Of a stretch of 64,000 nucleotides of DNA, positions 29,581 to 39,578 are shown piece after piece. Where the stretch lies: contig JAURNR010000015.1 of assembly GCA_030830065.1 (NCBI GenBank), positions 10,135 to 74,134 of the forward strand. The letters are read 5' to 3'. The notes beneath the pieces were generated by a model that was not told the origin of the DNA, ran no database searches, and saw nothing but the letters and a program-made list of their open reading frames with translations. Position numbers and translations under genes: made by a program. Within the stretch, counting starts at the first letter, position 1. Each line of letters opens with the position of its first letter. The stretch comes from Bacteroidota bacterium. Lineage in GTDB: Bacteria > Bacteroidota > Bacteroidia > NS11-12g > UBA955.

Positions 29581-30219
29581 TTATCTCAGATCTACTAGTG
29601 CAACTCCAGGATGTGCCGAACTGTCCCAAGTAAATAAATTACTAGAGACTCTTGCATTTCTCTTGAAATCAGTAATTTCTATTACTATTTCCATCCCATT
29701 TTTCACATGCTGAGTAACTTTATGGATATAGTTATTTGACGGATTAATTTCTAAATGGATGTAAGAATATTTTGCACGTTTCTTTTTGGGCACCAACTTT
29801 ATCAATTCGTATGACTTTCCTCCGTATGTTTTTTTACCTTCGTACAAAGACTTAAACCCTTTTTCATAAAAGCTAAACATTTCTTCAGGAGACATTTGAT
29901 TTGTACGCTTTGAGTAGGACTCAAGGGTAACTTCATCTGTGGTTGAACTGTAAGTCCAAATAGATTTACCATCACACATTATTTCTTGGTCACCCAGTTC
30001 TAATTTAAATGATTTTCCTTTTAGCCAAAGCTTTCCTTTATTTATTATAGGTTTACGTTTTGCGGAACTTGTAGTAAATGAAAAACTTGCTTCGATAGAT
30101 TTCATCGATTTATAAACCTTAGAGGTTTTCTTTAAAATAGATTTTGATCTTGCATCGGATTGAGCATAGGTTCCAAATGCAACTGAAAACATCAAAATTA
30201 ATAGCGCCAATTTTTTCAT
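29581..30219 (-). CDS. lolA: Outer-membrane lipoprotein carrier LolA family
   Basis: Signal peptide, KGKLWLKGKSFKLEL, CDGKSIWTY...EVT and a DLR C-terminus. Lies in the conserved position downstream of ftsK. Confidence 0.8.
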   Translation of the reverse strand: MKKLALLILMFSVAFGTYAQSDARSKSILKKTSKVYKSMKSIEASFSFTTSSAKRKPIINKGKLWLKGKSFKLELGDQEIMCDGKSIWTYSSTTDEVTLESYSKRTNQMSPEEMFSFYEKGFKSLYEGKKTYGGKSYELIKLVPKKKRAKYSYIHLEINPSNNYIHKVTQHVKNGMEIVIEITDFKRNARVSSNLFTWDSSAHPGVALVDLR

Positions 30220-30300
30220 ATCCGTAAATTCAAAACTACCAAAATTTTAGTACAAATAGATTTTATATGCTGTAAAGACAGTAACCTTCGATAAAATCAT

Positions 30301-32784
30301 CTATTCCCCTCCATTCAGATTTTGCAAGTGTTGTTCCAAAGCAAACTCATCTGGAATATTAACATCTCTAGGTTTTGATCCCATATTTGGTCCTACAATA
30401 CCTGCATCTTCAAGCTGATCCATCAATCTACCGGCACGATTATACCCAATCTTCATTTTCCTTTGAATCATACTTGTTGAACCCACTTGATTTTGAACCA
30501 CTATTCTCGCAGCATCTTCAAACAAAGCATCCCTATCATCTGCATCATATTCACCGCCACCTGAAACTGACTCGTCTTTTACTTCGGGCAATAAATAAGC
30601 TGTTGGATATGCTCGTTGCTCACCAATAAAGTCAACAATCTTTTCAACTTCAGGCGTATCTACAAAAGGACATTGGAGACGTATCAAGTCATTGCCTCCA
30701 CTGTATAACATATCACCTTTTCCAATTAACTGATCTGCTCCATTGTGATCCAAAATTGTACGTGAATCAATTTTAGAAGTTACCCTAAATGCAATTCTTG
30801 CTGGGAAATTAGCCTTAATCATTCCGGTAATTACATTTACTGAAGGCCTCTGAGTGGCAAGAATTAGATGAATACCTATAGCACGAGCAAGTTGTGCTAT
30901 TCGTGCAATAGGGGTTTCGATTTCCTTTCCAGCAGTCATCATAAGATCTGCAACTTCATCTATAACAACGATGATGTAGGGTAAAAAGCGATGACCATTC
31001 TCGGGGTTCAACTTTCTATCGAGGAATTTATTATTGTACTCAACTATATTCCGCACTAATGCATCCTGCAACAGTTTGTATCGTTGATCCATTTCCTCAC
31101 ATAATGAATTGAGTGTATGAATTACTTTTTGATTTTCGGTAATAATTGCTTCACCGTCTCCAGGAAGCTTTGCTAAGAAATGTCGTTCAATTTTATTGTA
31201 GAGCGTAAGTTCTACTTTCTTAGGATCCACCAATACAAATTTTATATACGCTGGATGTTTTTTGTATAACAGAGAAACTAATATAGCATTTAACCCTACT
31301 GATTTACCTTGGCCCGTAGCACCAGCCATTAGGAGGTGAGGCATTTTGGCTAAATCAGCGAGAAAAATTTCATTAGAAATAGTTTTTCCTAAAACAACGG
31401 GTAATTGATAATCACATTCCTGGAACTTCTTACTTGCAAGAACCGTTTTCATCGGAACCATTTCCGGACTCTTGTTTGGAACTTCAATTCCAATAGTTCC
31501 ACGTCCTGGAATAGGCGCAATTATACGAATACCAAGAGCAGCCAAACTTAGAGCAATATCATCTTCTAAGTTTTTAATTTTTGAAATCTTCACGCCAGGT
31601 GCTGGAACAATTTCATATAATGTTACAGTAGGACCTACAGAAGCACTAATACTAGAAATACCAATTTTATAATTGATTAAAGTATCTTCAATAAGCTTTT
31701 TACTTCTTTCAATTTCGGCAACATCAATATCACGTTTCATGTTACCATAATCTTTCATTAAATCTAAGGTAGGAAAGTGATAACCACTCAAATTTGCCCG
31801 TGGGTCGTATTCAGTTCCTATTTTACCATACTCTTCCTCATTTTGTTTTTCAGCTAAATTCTCACTTACTAATTCTTCTTCTAAGTGAGTCTTATCTTCA
31901 ATTGTAAATCCGCTATCAGTTTCAATTGTTGGTTCAGTAGTTTCTTCCGGAGACGCTAATGTTGAATTATCTGGTTCAGGATCATGCGACACCTCCTCTT
32001 CAGACCTAAATTCTTCATTTTCTGAATTAAATACATTGTCCTGTGGCTCATCCTCGATAATCTGTGGTTCTCGGCTGGATTGAACTATTTCAGGTTCCTC
32101 ATCTTCAAATTCCTCAATCTCAGAATCAGAATTAAGTGAAAGAATTTTCGAAAATGGATTCGCATTATGAAATATAATGTAGTAGATAAATGCAAAACCC
32201 AGTAAAAACAAAATTGTGCCAACCATTCCAATCCCATTTTGCATTTGTTGAATACCAAAATACCCAAAGGATCCCCCTGCTAATGGAAGCCACAATTGAA
32301 AAATAAACCCTAAAAACAAAGAAAACCAAACCATAAATAAAATGGTATGGATTAGGATTCTATGAATTGAAAAAGGCTTATAGTTGAGTAGCCAATTTAG
32401 ACCCAAAAAAATAAAATAGGGTAATATTAAATAGGCTGCAAAACCAAATCCTTGGTGTACAAAAAAGTAAGATAATCGGGCACCCATGTAACCCATTGCA
32501 TTGGCAGCTTGACCGTGGTGCTGTTTAAATAACTTCCAATCACCATCAGCTAAGAAGCTTTGATCAGTTTTCCAAGAAAAGAAGAAAGAGGTAAAACTCA
32601 CGAAAAGAACAATACTTGCCGTAAGTAATAAAAACCCTAATACGCGTCTTGTTGCATCGTTTTTTAATGATGCTGCCTTAAAAACTTCCTTTGCCGAAAC
32701 CTTTTGGGTTTTATCTTTGGGGGCGTCTTTTAGGAAATCTGTAATTGTGTTTGATTTATTCTTTGTCTTAGCAGTTTTCCCCAT
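30301..32784 (-). CDS. ftsK: DNA translocase FtsK
   Basis: N-terminal TM domain, acidic linker, MPHLLMAGATGQGKS (Walker A), IIVVIDE (Walker B), ATQRPS and gamma domain IGYNRAGRLMDQLE. Confidence 0.97.
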   Translation of the reverse strand: MGKTAKTKNKSNTITDFLKDAPKDKTQKVSAKEVFKAASLKNDATRRVLGFLLLTASIVLFVSFTSFFFSWKTDQSFLADGDWKLFKQHHGQAANAMGYMGARLSYFFVHQGFGFAAYLILPYFIFLGLNWLLNYKPFSIHRILIHTILFMVWFSLFLGFIFQLWLPLAGGSFGYFGIQQMQNGIGMVGTILFLLGFAFIYYIIFHNANPFSKILSLNSDSEIEEFEDEEPEIVQSSREPQIIEDEPQDNVFNSENEEFRSEEEVSHDPEPDNSTLASPEETTEPTIETDSGFTIEDKTHLEEELVSENLAEKQNEEEYGKIGTEYDPRANLSGYHFPTLDLMKDYGNMKRDIDVAEIERSKKLIEDTLINYKIGISSISASVGPTVTLYEIVPAPGVKISKIKNLEDDIALSLAALGIRIIAPIPGRGTIGIEVPNKSPEMVPMKTVLASKKFQECDYQLPVVLGKTISNEIFLADLAKMPHLLMAGATGQGKSVGLNAILVSLLYKKHPAYIKFVLVDPKKVELTLYNKIERHFLAKLPGDGEAIITENQKVIHTLNSLCEEMDQRYKLLQDALVRNIVEYNNKFLDRKLNPENGHRFLPYIIVVIDEVADLMMTAGKEIETPIARIAQLARAIGIHLILATQRPSVNVITGMIKANFPARIAFRVTSKIDSRTILDHNGADQLIGKGDMLYSGGNDLIRLQCPFVDTPEVEKIVDFIGEQRAYPTAYLLPEVKDESVSGGGEYDADDRDALFEDAARIVVQNQVGSTSMIQRKMKIGYNRAGRLMDQLEDAGIVGPNMGSKPRDVNIPDEFALEQHLQNLNGGE

Positions 32785-32867
32785 ACTACGAAACTAAAAC
32801 GAATATTATCTAGTAAATCGTTCAGTTATTCACAGAAAAATTAGTGTTTACTTTAAGTGGCAATAAC

Positions 32868-33812
32868 TTATTTAGTAATTTTTAATTCATCTTTTGCAAC
32901 CGAATATGTTTCTCCTTGGAGAGACAATTCAGAATCGAAAAATTCACATTTCGCTTCTTCAAGAAGAGGGGTTAAGTCTGAATAACGAGCACTGTAATGG
33001 CCTAATAATAATTGGCCGACGTTTGCTTTTTTAGCAATTATTGCCGCCTGCTTAGCAGTACTATGAAATGTATCCGTTGCACGGTCCTGCCTGTCACTCA
33101 TAAAAGTAGCTTCATGATAAAGCAAATCAGCACCAGAAATTAATGGAATTATATCTTCATCATATTTAGTATCAGAAATGTAGGCATAAAATCGTTTTTC
33201 AGGTAAAGGCCATGTTACTTCTGAATTTGGTATTCGAAGTTCATTATTTGGAAAATAATCATAACCAAACTTCAGACTTTCATAAAATGATATGGGTATG
33301 TTACGCTCCTGACAAGCATCTACATTCACCCTTCTAATTGGACCTAATTCCTTAATAATAAAACCTGTACAAGGAATTCTATGATTTAGAGGAACCGTTT
33401 GAATCTGAAAATCTTGATGTTTAAAAATCACCTCAGATTGGTTTGTTTGAGTAGTTAAAAAATCGATATTGAATGAGAGTTCTGAATCTCCTGCCGCAAT
33501 TAATGACATTAGAATATCTCGTAACCCTTCAGGACCAATAATTAACAACGGATCAATTCTTCTATACAAGGACATTGTAGTAATTAAACCAGGCAATCCA
33601 AAAAAGTGATCTCCGTGTAAATGTGAAATACAAATAACAGATATTTTTTGCAGTTTAAGCCCGAACTCATGAATCCTACTTTGTGTTCCTTCACCACAAT
33701 CAAGCAAAATACTATGTGGGCCTAATCTCACATATTGGCTACTTGGATCCCTATCTTTAGTAGGAGTTGCTGAAGAATTACCCAATATGGTGACATCAAA
33801 TCTAGAATACAC
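32868..33812 (-). CDS. rnz: Ribonuclease Z
   Basis: ILGNSSATP, LDCGEGTQ, SHLHGDH, YISDT, LYHEATF, HSTAKQAA and GHYSARY. Confidence 0.95.
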   Translation of the reverse strand: MYSRFDVTILGNSSATPTKDRDPSSQYVRLGPHSILLDCGEGTQSRIHEFGLKLQKISVICISHLHGDHFFGLPGLITTMSLYRRIDPLLIIGPEGLRDILMSLIAAGDSELSFNIDFLTTQTNQSEVIFKHQDFQIQTVPLNHRIPCTGFIIKELGPIRRVNVDACQERNIPISFYESLKFGYDYFPNNELRIPNSEVTWPLPEKRFYAYISDTKYDEDIIPLISGADLLYHEATFMSDRQDRATDTFHSTAKQAAIIAKKANVGQLLLGHYSARYSDLTPLLEEAKCEFFDSELSLQGETYSVAKDELKITK

Positions 33813-33888
33813 TGTTTAAAAAAAGACAAGTTTCAAACCAAAGTTATGAAATTGTATATTCAATTTGGAATGAACTTTATAAAACTAC

Positions 33889-34920
33889 TTATTTTACGAT
33901 TGAATAATCCCTAAGTAAGAAATCAATATTTTTCTGAACTTCACTAATTTTAATCCTATCCATACACCAATCATGTGGTTGTTTACAATTAACTTGATCA
34001 CATGGATTACATGGTAAAATATGATGTATTACACTAGACTGGCTATTTCTTGGATAGAATACTCTTTCAACACCGGGTCCAAAAAGACCTAAAGTTGGGA
34101 TTTTTGCAAGATCTGCAAACTGTAATGGACCACTTTCATTTCCCAAAAACAAGGTGGATTTTTTAAAAACACCGTACAATACTTTTAATGATTCTTTAGT
34201 TTCCCAAATTATAGATTTATCCTTTGTTAAATTATTTATTTCATGAAGAATTTCACTTTCATCTGATGTTCCAAGTATAACAGTTTTCAATCTATATTTG
34301 TCCCAAATATAATCTACTACTTCAGCGAAGTATAGCGTACGCCAACGCCTTAACAAACTTCTCCCCCCAGGGTGACATACTACAAATTTTTCAACTCCAA
34401 AATTTCTAACTAATTCTTCAACTCTTCGATTATCCTCAGTAGTTAAATAAATTTCACCATGAAAATTAATTATTGGAGTAACTAAGGGTTTAATAATATT
34501 ATAATTTGTTTCTACTTCATGTGGTTGATTACCTCGTTGTTTAAAACGAATTGAGCCTCTATCAACTCTGTATTTGGGAAATGAAAGGATTGACTTGAAA
34601 AAAGTCTTAAAGGTACCTCGCAATTCAATCCATAAATCTACATTCCTAGTGGGAATCTTATTTAAATCCGTTATTATTTGATAAATATTTGGATTATTCG
34701 TTAGTAATGAGCTAACAAATGGCTTGCAAACCACCGTGATTTTAGCTTTTGGGAACTTTTGTTGAAGCATCTTAAAAACATGAAGGGTTGCTACCATATC
34801 ACCGATTTCATCCCACTTTATTATAAGTATGTCTCGAATTACATTTGAATTACATTTATTTGGATTTTTCCAGACCCAGGACAAAATAGCATTCAATAGA
34901 AACAATACCTTTTCCTTCAT
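33889..34920 (-). CDS. Glycosyltransferase family 9 (heptosyltransferase-like)
   Basis: ILIIKWDEIGDMV, HPGGRSLLRRW, FLGNESGPLQFA, GLFGP and C-terminal CxPC...C...C. Confidence 0.88.
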   Translation of the reverse strand: MKEKVLFLLNAILSWVWKNPNKCNSNVIRDILIIKWDEIGDMVATLHVFKMLQQKFPKAKITVVCKPFVSSLLTNNPNIYQIITDLNKIPTRNVDLWIELRGTFKTFFKSILSFPKYRVDRGSIRFKQRGNQPHEVETNYNIIKPLVTPIINFHGEIYLTTEDNRRVEELVRNFGVEKFVVCHPGGRSLLRRWRTLYFAEVVDYIWDKYRLKTVILGTSDESEILHEINNLTKDKSIIWETKESLKVLYGVFKKSTLFLGNESGPLQFADLAKIPTLGLFGPGVERVFYPRNSQSSVIHHILPCNPCDQVNCKQPHDWCMDRIKISEVQKNIDFLLRDYSIVK

Positions 34921-35672
34921 TAATCCTTTTTTATTAGTGGATATAATATGGGGTTTGAGGGAACTGCATCTGAAAATATTCTTGGCAGACCCAATTGCAT
35001 GAAATAGATTCCATCTTGAAGTGAATTCGGAACGTAAATTAGTTCGGTAATCGTAGCATTATATCTTGGTTCAGACGGGTAATTCCACCAAACTCTGTGT
35101 GATAACAATTCTCCCCCATCTTCTTCTGGGTCTATGGAAGGAAAATCAGTTAAAATATGATGATAGCCTTTACTCTTGATAAACTCAATAGCTTCTGGAG
35201 TAAAATAGGGAGGATTAGTACCGCTCCAAATATTTGATTTTTTTGCTATCTCATTTGGGGTACTACGAATAATAATTGCCGAAGTTGGCTCCCAATTTAT
35301 TGTTTTTAAACAATCCTTGTCAATAAAAGTATAAATCCCGTCCTTTTTTAAAGGAACCGTTATTAATTGTGCTGAAAGGTTCGTTTCCAGGAGCATTTCA
35401 ATAACATTAATTCTCTCTTTTGATAGATGACCTACACATTCTGTATGCGTTCCATTGCCATGAGCACAATAGGTAACCATCTCGCAATTCGCACTGCCTC
35501 CTTCCTTTACTGCTCCAACAAAATCTCCAACTTTAATTGGCTCAAAAAGTGCTTTTGGAATATAAAATGCATTTGGGTTTTCTGCATTTGGTCCAAACCC
35601 CAATGCTAATGAAACTCCTTTTTCTAAGGACGCAGAATAATTAACCCCAGCAATATTAAACTCAACATGCAT
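34920..35672 (-). CDS. Cyclase family metal-dependent hydrolase (kynurenine formamidase-like)
   Basis: HGNGTHTECVGH, DFPSIDPEEDGG, ITELIYVP and DAVPSNP. Confidence 0.85.
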   Translation of the reverse strand: MHVEFNIAGVNYSASLEKGVSLALGFGPNAENPNAFYIPKALFEPIKVGDFVGAVKEGGSANCEMVTYCAHGNGTHTECVGHLSKERINVIEMLLETNLSAQLITVPLKKDGIYTFIDKDCLKTINWEPTSAIIIRSTPNEIAKKSNIWSGTNPPYFTPEAIEFIKSKGYHHILTDFPSIDPEEDGGELLSHRVWWNYPSEPRYNATITELIYVPNSLQDGIYFMQLGLPRIFSDAVPSNPILYPLIKKD

Positions 35673-35708
35673 GTTTCCAAAGATCTGTAATTTAAACTAA
35701 TTAAAAAA

Positions 35709-36281
35709 TTAAGCTTTTAGCGCTGATTCTAACTTTTCTAGGTAGATTTCATGTGGGATTTCGTAAGCACCAAATTGGGCTATGTGAGGATTTAAATATT
35801 GGGTATCCAGCAATAAGAAGTCATTTTCTCGGAGAAACTCAACCAAATATACCAAACAAACTTTACTAGCATCAGTAACTGTGTGAAACATACTTTCGCC
35901 AAAAAATGCTTTACGGATACTTACCCCGTAAAGCCCTCCAACAAGTTCACCCTCTTTATATGCTTCAAATGAATGTGCAAATCCTTCTTCATGCAATTCT
36001 AAATAAGCTTCAATAATTTCATCGGAAATCCAGGTATCCTCGCTTCGTAATGATGCACAAGTTCGAATTACCTGTTCAAAATTTCTATTAATTTGAATAT
36101 CGAATACATTCTGTTTATATAGGCGTCGTAAATTTTTAGATACCTTAAAACGCTCGTCGAGAGGAATAATCCCTCTCATTTTTGGTGTATGCCAATAGAT
36201 TTGATTATCCTCTTCGGGGTCTGCCATTGGAAAAGAACCTGAGATATATGCCTGGAGTAATAAATTTGGCGACAGAAACAC
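35709..36281 (-). CDS. aat: Leucyl/phenylalanyl-tRNA--protein transferase
   Basis: LLQAYISGSFPMA, TWI...IEAYLELH..GFAHSFE, LVGGLYGV, FFGESMF...DASKV and LLDTQ. GTG 36281 is the likely start. Confidence 0.95.
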   Translation of the reverse strand: MFLSPNLLLQAYISGSFPMADPEEDNQIYWHTPKMRGIIPLDERFKVSKNLRRLYKQNVFDIQINRNFEQVIRTCASLRSEDTWISDEIIEAYLELHEEGFAHSFEAYKEGELVGGLYGVSIRKAFFGESMFHTVTDASKVCLVYLVEFLRENDFLLLDTQYLNPHIAQFGAYEIPHEIYLEKLESALKA

Positions 36282-36330
36282 CTTGCAAAGGTAGGACAAC
36301 TCCTAAAAAACTCGTTTTTTTGCTGTGCAA

Positions 36331-37080
36331 ATGGGGAAAGGAAAAAACAAGCTGGAAAAGTTCAATGAATTTGATTCATTTCCAAACACCTTTGATTACA
36401 ATAGCGAAACCAAAGGTAAGTGGGCTGAGATTTTTGGTAATTCAAACCCCATAGTGGTAGAATTTGCCTGTGGAAAGGGAGAATATACAATAGGTCTGGG
36501 AAGAAAGCGTAAGGATGTAAATTATATCGGGATTGATATAAAGGGAAATAGATTATGGAGAGGTGCTAAAACGGCAATTGAAGAAAATTTATTAAATGTA
36601 AAATTCTTACGTATAGAAATTGATAAAGCCGCTGAATATTTTGAAAAAGGAGAAGTAGCTGAAGCATGGGTAACCTTCCCCGATCCTCAACCGCAAAAAA
36701 GGCACAAACGTCTATCCGGAGGAAGATTTTTAAATGTTTACCGCAGCGTTCTGGCCGACGGAGGAAAGTTAAATATTAAAACAGATTCGGATTTATTTTA
36801 TCAAACTGCACTTGAGCAGATAGCCGTGGAAAACCTAAGTGTGGAAGTGAATCTAAACGATATCTATTCTTCGGAATACGTACCTGAAGTATTACAAATA
36901 AAGACTTTTTACGAACAGATTTGGCTTAACGAAGGCAAGAAAATTAAATACCTTCGATTTGAGTTAGGAAATGTACTTTCTGATGAATCTAAGAAAATTG
37001 AGATTCCAGAAGATATGCCTCTTTCAAGCCCTTCTCAAATGCCTCCGCCTGACTTCTTCGAATCGCAACTTTATATGTAA
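36331..37080 (+). CDS. trmB: tRNA (guanine-N7)-methyltransferase with C-terminal extension
   Basis: VEFACGKGEY, YIGIDIKGNRLW, WVTFPDPQ, KTDS and IKTFYE. Confidence 0.93.
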   Translation: MGKGKNKLEKFNEFDSFPNTFDYNSETKGKWAEIFGNSNPIVVEFACGKGEYTIGLGRKRKDVNYIGIDIKGNRLWRGAKTAIEENLLNVKFLRIEIDKAAEYFEKGEVAEAWVTFPDPQPQKRHKRLSGGRFLNVYRSVLADGGKLNIKTDSDLFYQTALEQIAVENLSVEVNLNDIYSSEYVPEVLQIKTFYEQIWLNEGKKIKYLRFELGNVLSDESKKIEIPEDMPLSSPSQMPPPDFFESQLYM

Positions 37081-37600
37081 CCTTATTGGTGTAAGCTCTG
37101 TCTCTTATGTCAAACTCAAACGGTTTTAAGAGTTTATGTATTTCTTGTTCGTTTTCAAATTTTGATGAAACTTCATATTCTATCTGTTGCACTTTTTCAA
37201 TCTTCCCAGATCGGTTTAAAACCGATTTAGCCCCATCTCCGTATGCGCTAATGAGACCTGGAATTCCGAGAAGCGTTCCTCCAAAATAACGAACTACAAC
37301 TACCAAGACATTTGTTAATTCTTGTGAAAGAATTGCTCTTAATATTGGCCTACCTGCACTACCAGATGGCTCACCGTCGTCGTTCGCCCTTTGTGCTTCT
37401 TGGCCTTGTCCTAATATGAAGGCGTAACAATAGTGTGATGCATCGGGATATTGTTGTTTTAAGGATTGAATATTGTGCTTAATCTCCTCATCCGAATGAA
37501 CCTTAAAACTGTAGGATATAAACTTACTACCTCGTTCTCGTAATTGTGTTTCGGAATTATTTTCAATTTCGTTGTATGTGTCTGAGAACAATGAACTCAT
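36989..37600 (-). CDS. yigZ: YigZ / IMPACT family protein
   Basis: ERGSKFI, ASHYCYA, NDDGEPSGSAGRPIL and VVVVRYFGGTLLG..GLISAY. Confidence 0.92.
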   Translation of the reverse strand: MSSLFSDTYNEIENNSETQLRERGSKFISYSFKVHSDEEIKHNIQSLKQQYPDASHYCYAFILGQGQEAQRANDDGEPSGSAGRPILRAILSQELTNVLVVVVRYFGGTLLGIPGLISAYGDGAKSVLNRSGKIEKVQQIEYEVSSKFENEQEIHKLLKPFEFDIRDRAYTNKVTYKVAIRRSQAEAFEKGLKEAYLLESQFS

Positions 37601-38511
37601 TGAACCAAATATATAGAGAACAATGCCAAAATCAAACCCAATATTTTTGCAATGGACCACTTTTCACGGTAAAAAATCCCTACCAAAGAAGCACCTACAA
37701 CAACTAGAATGTTATTAATTGTAAAAAACGTAGATGAATGATTAGGGAAGGAATCTAAAGCATTGTACAATGCAACAATTGAGAATAGATTTATTGTACC
37801 TAAAATAATGCCCCAAAACCAATTAACTTTTAACTTAAACACAGTAAAATCCCGTTTGAGCAATATATAAAATATACCAGTAATTAAAGCTCCAGTAAAT
37901 GTGTGAGTGGTGAGTTGCATGTTACTCAGTTCCCCTTGATTAATCTTATTTAAAAAATTAATGGACAAATCTACCAGACCACTTCCGAGAAAAACCCATA
38001 CAAGAATAAGATCCCATTTTAAGCTATCCATCTTATTGGGCTTTATCATTAAATAAACTGAAAGTAAAGCCATAAAAATACCTACATACCCCCAAATATT
38101 AACATTTTCATCCCAAATAATAATTGCCGATAAAATGGGAATTACCATTGACATTTTTGATGCCACTGAACTGGCAGCAGCGCCCACTTTTTGTGTAGAA
38201 TATGCCATAAACAAAAAGGTAAACAAGAATAAAACACCTGTGCTGACGGCAAAAAACTCAACCAAAGAGAAGCTATTAATTTGAAGCAATCGTGGAATCG
38301 AAACTTCCTTAAGTTCTGTGGAAATTCCTGTTGAAATCCAAATATTCCCTAGGATAAAACAGACAAAATAATTGATAATTATAACGGGCAAGGGAGCAAT
38401 ATTTCGCCTACCTAGCTCTTTGAACACAAGGAAAATAAATACCGATAATATTACGGCGTAAAAAACGGCTAAATTCTGCGATGTAATAATGTTTAAGGGC
38501 GTGAAAGTCAT
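37597..38511 (-). CDS. DMT/EamA-like membrane transporter
   Basis: About 10 hydrophobic segments in two repeats; IIINYFVC, SVASKMSMVIP and FYREKWS...GLILA. Confidence 0.75.
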   Translation of the reverse strand: MTFTPLNIITSQNLAVFYAVILSVFIFLVFKELGRRNIAPLPVIIINYFVCFILGNIWISTGISTELKEVSIPRLLQINSFSLVEFFAVSTGVLFLFTFLFMAYSTQKVGAAASSVASKMSMVIPILSAIIIWDENVNIWGYVGIFMALLSVYLMIKPNKMDSLKWDLILVWVFLGSGLVDLSINFLNKINQGELSNMQLTTHTFTGALITGIFYILLKRDFTVFKLKVNWFWGIILGTINLFSIVALYNALDSFPNHSSTFFTINNILVVVGASLVGIFYREKWSIAKILGLILALFSIYLVQ

Positions 38512-39542
38512 TTAGCGGTATATTTATCCCATTGGCGATGTATGATTCTTTTAAATTCTCGCTCTTTTGGGGTTAATTCTAGGTTCGGAAATTTTGGAGC
38601 TTTAATTCCTTCTTCAAGATGAATATCTACATTAATAAATTGGTGAAGTTCATCAAATGCCTGAGCTTTCAAGAATGCCTCTATTGTATGTTTACCACCT
38701 TCCACTATTAATGAATTTATTTTTTGTTTATATAAGTAATTCAGGATCTGTTTTACACTAATGGATGGCTTATTCCCTATTTTTATATACTTCAATTTTC
38801 CGCAATCCTGATTTTTTAAAGAATTCACAACCCATGTTTTACCTTCAGCATCTTCATATGAACCTTTTATAGCAGGATCCACAATAATTTTTATCGGTTG
38901 GGGACCGTTCCAAAAACGATCTGTAAGCTTGGGTTTGTCATTTATCCAGGTATTTACACCCACTAAAATTGCAGAATGAGATTTCCTAAATTTGTGATTA
39001 TATTTTTGAATTTCCTCATCTGTAATTTTTATGGATTCTCCCTCCATTTTACCTATAAATCCATCTCTTGTTTCTGCCCACTTGATAGTGACATATGGTT
39101 GCTTGTACTTATGGAAATTTAGAAAAAACCTATTTAACATGGTTGCCTCAAATTCTCCAACACCAACTTCGACCTTTATACCTGCCTCTTGAAGTCTTTT
39201 AACTCCACTACCTGCTACTAAAGGATTAGGATCAAGAATCGAAATAACGACTTTCGGAATTCCCGCTTGAATTATTAAGTCTGTACAAGGAGGTGTTTTT
39301 CCTTGATGATTGCATGGCTCTAGATTAACATATAAGGTTGCATTTTTAAGACGAGGATCTCCAATAATTGGTAATATTGCATTTCTCTCTGCATGATTTC
39401 CACCAAATTTTTCATGATAGCCTTCAGAAATTATTTCGTCATTATGAACTAATACACAACCCACTAAAGGATTTGGGTTTACCAAACCTTCACCATTTTG
39501 TGCTATTTCTATGCAACGATTGATGTAATCGATATGCTTCAT
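38508..39542 (-). CDS. ribD: Bifunctional riboflavin biosynthesis deaminase/reductase
   Basis: PNPLVGCV, HAE, NLEPCNHQGKTPPC, KWAETRDG, AILVG and LIVEGG. Confidence 0.95.
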   Translation of the reverse strand: MKHIDYINRCIEIAQNGEGLVNPNPLVGCVLVHNDEIISEGYHEKFGGNHAERNAILPIIGDPRLKNATLYVNLEPCNHQGKTPPCTDLIIQAGIPKVVISILDPNPLVAGSGVKRLQEAGIKVEVGVGEFEATMLNRFFLNFHKYKQPYVTIKWAETRDGFIGKMEGESIKITDEEIQKYNHKFRKSHSAILVGVNTWINDKPKLTDRFWNGPQPIKIIVDPAIKGSYEDAEGKTWVVNSLKNQDCGKLKYIKIGNKPSISVKQILNYLYKQKINSLIVEGGKHTIEAFLKAQAFDELHQFINVDIHLEEGIKAPKFPNLELTPKEREFKRIIHRQWDKYTAK

Positions 39543-39578
39543 TTGTATCAGCGAAAATAAACTTTAATTTTGAAGCGC

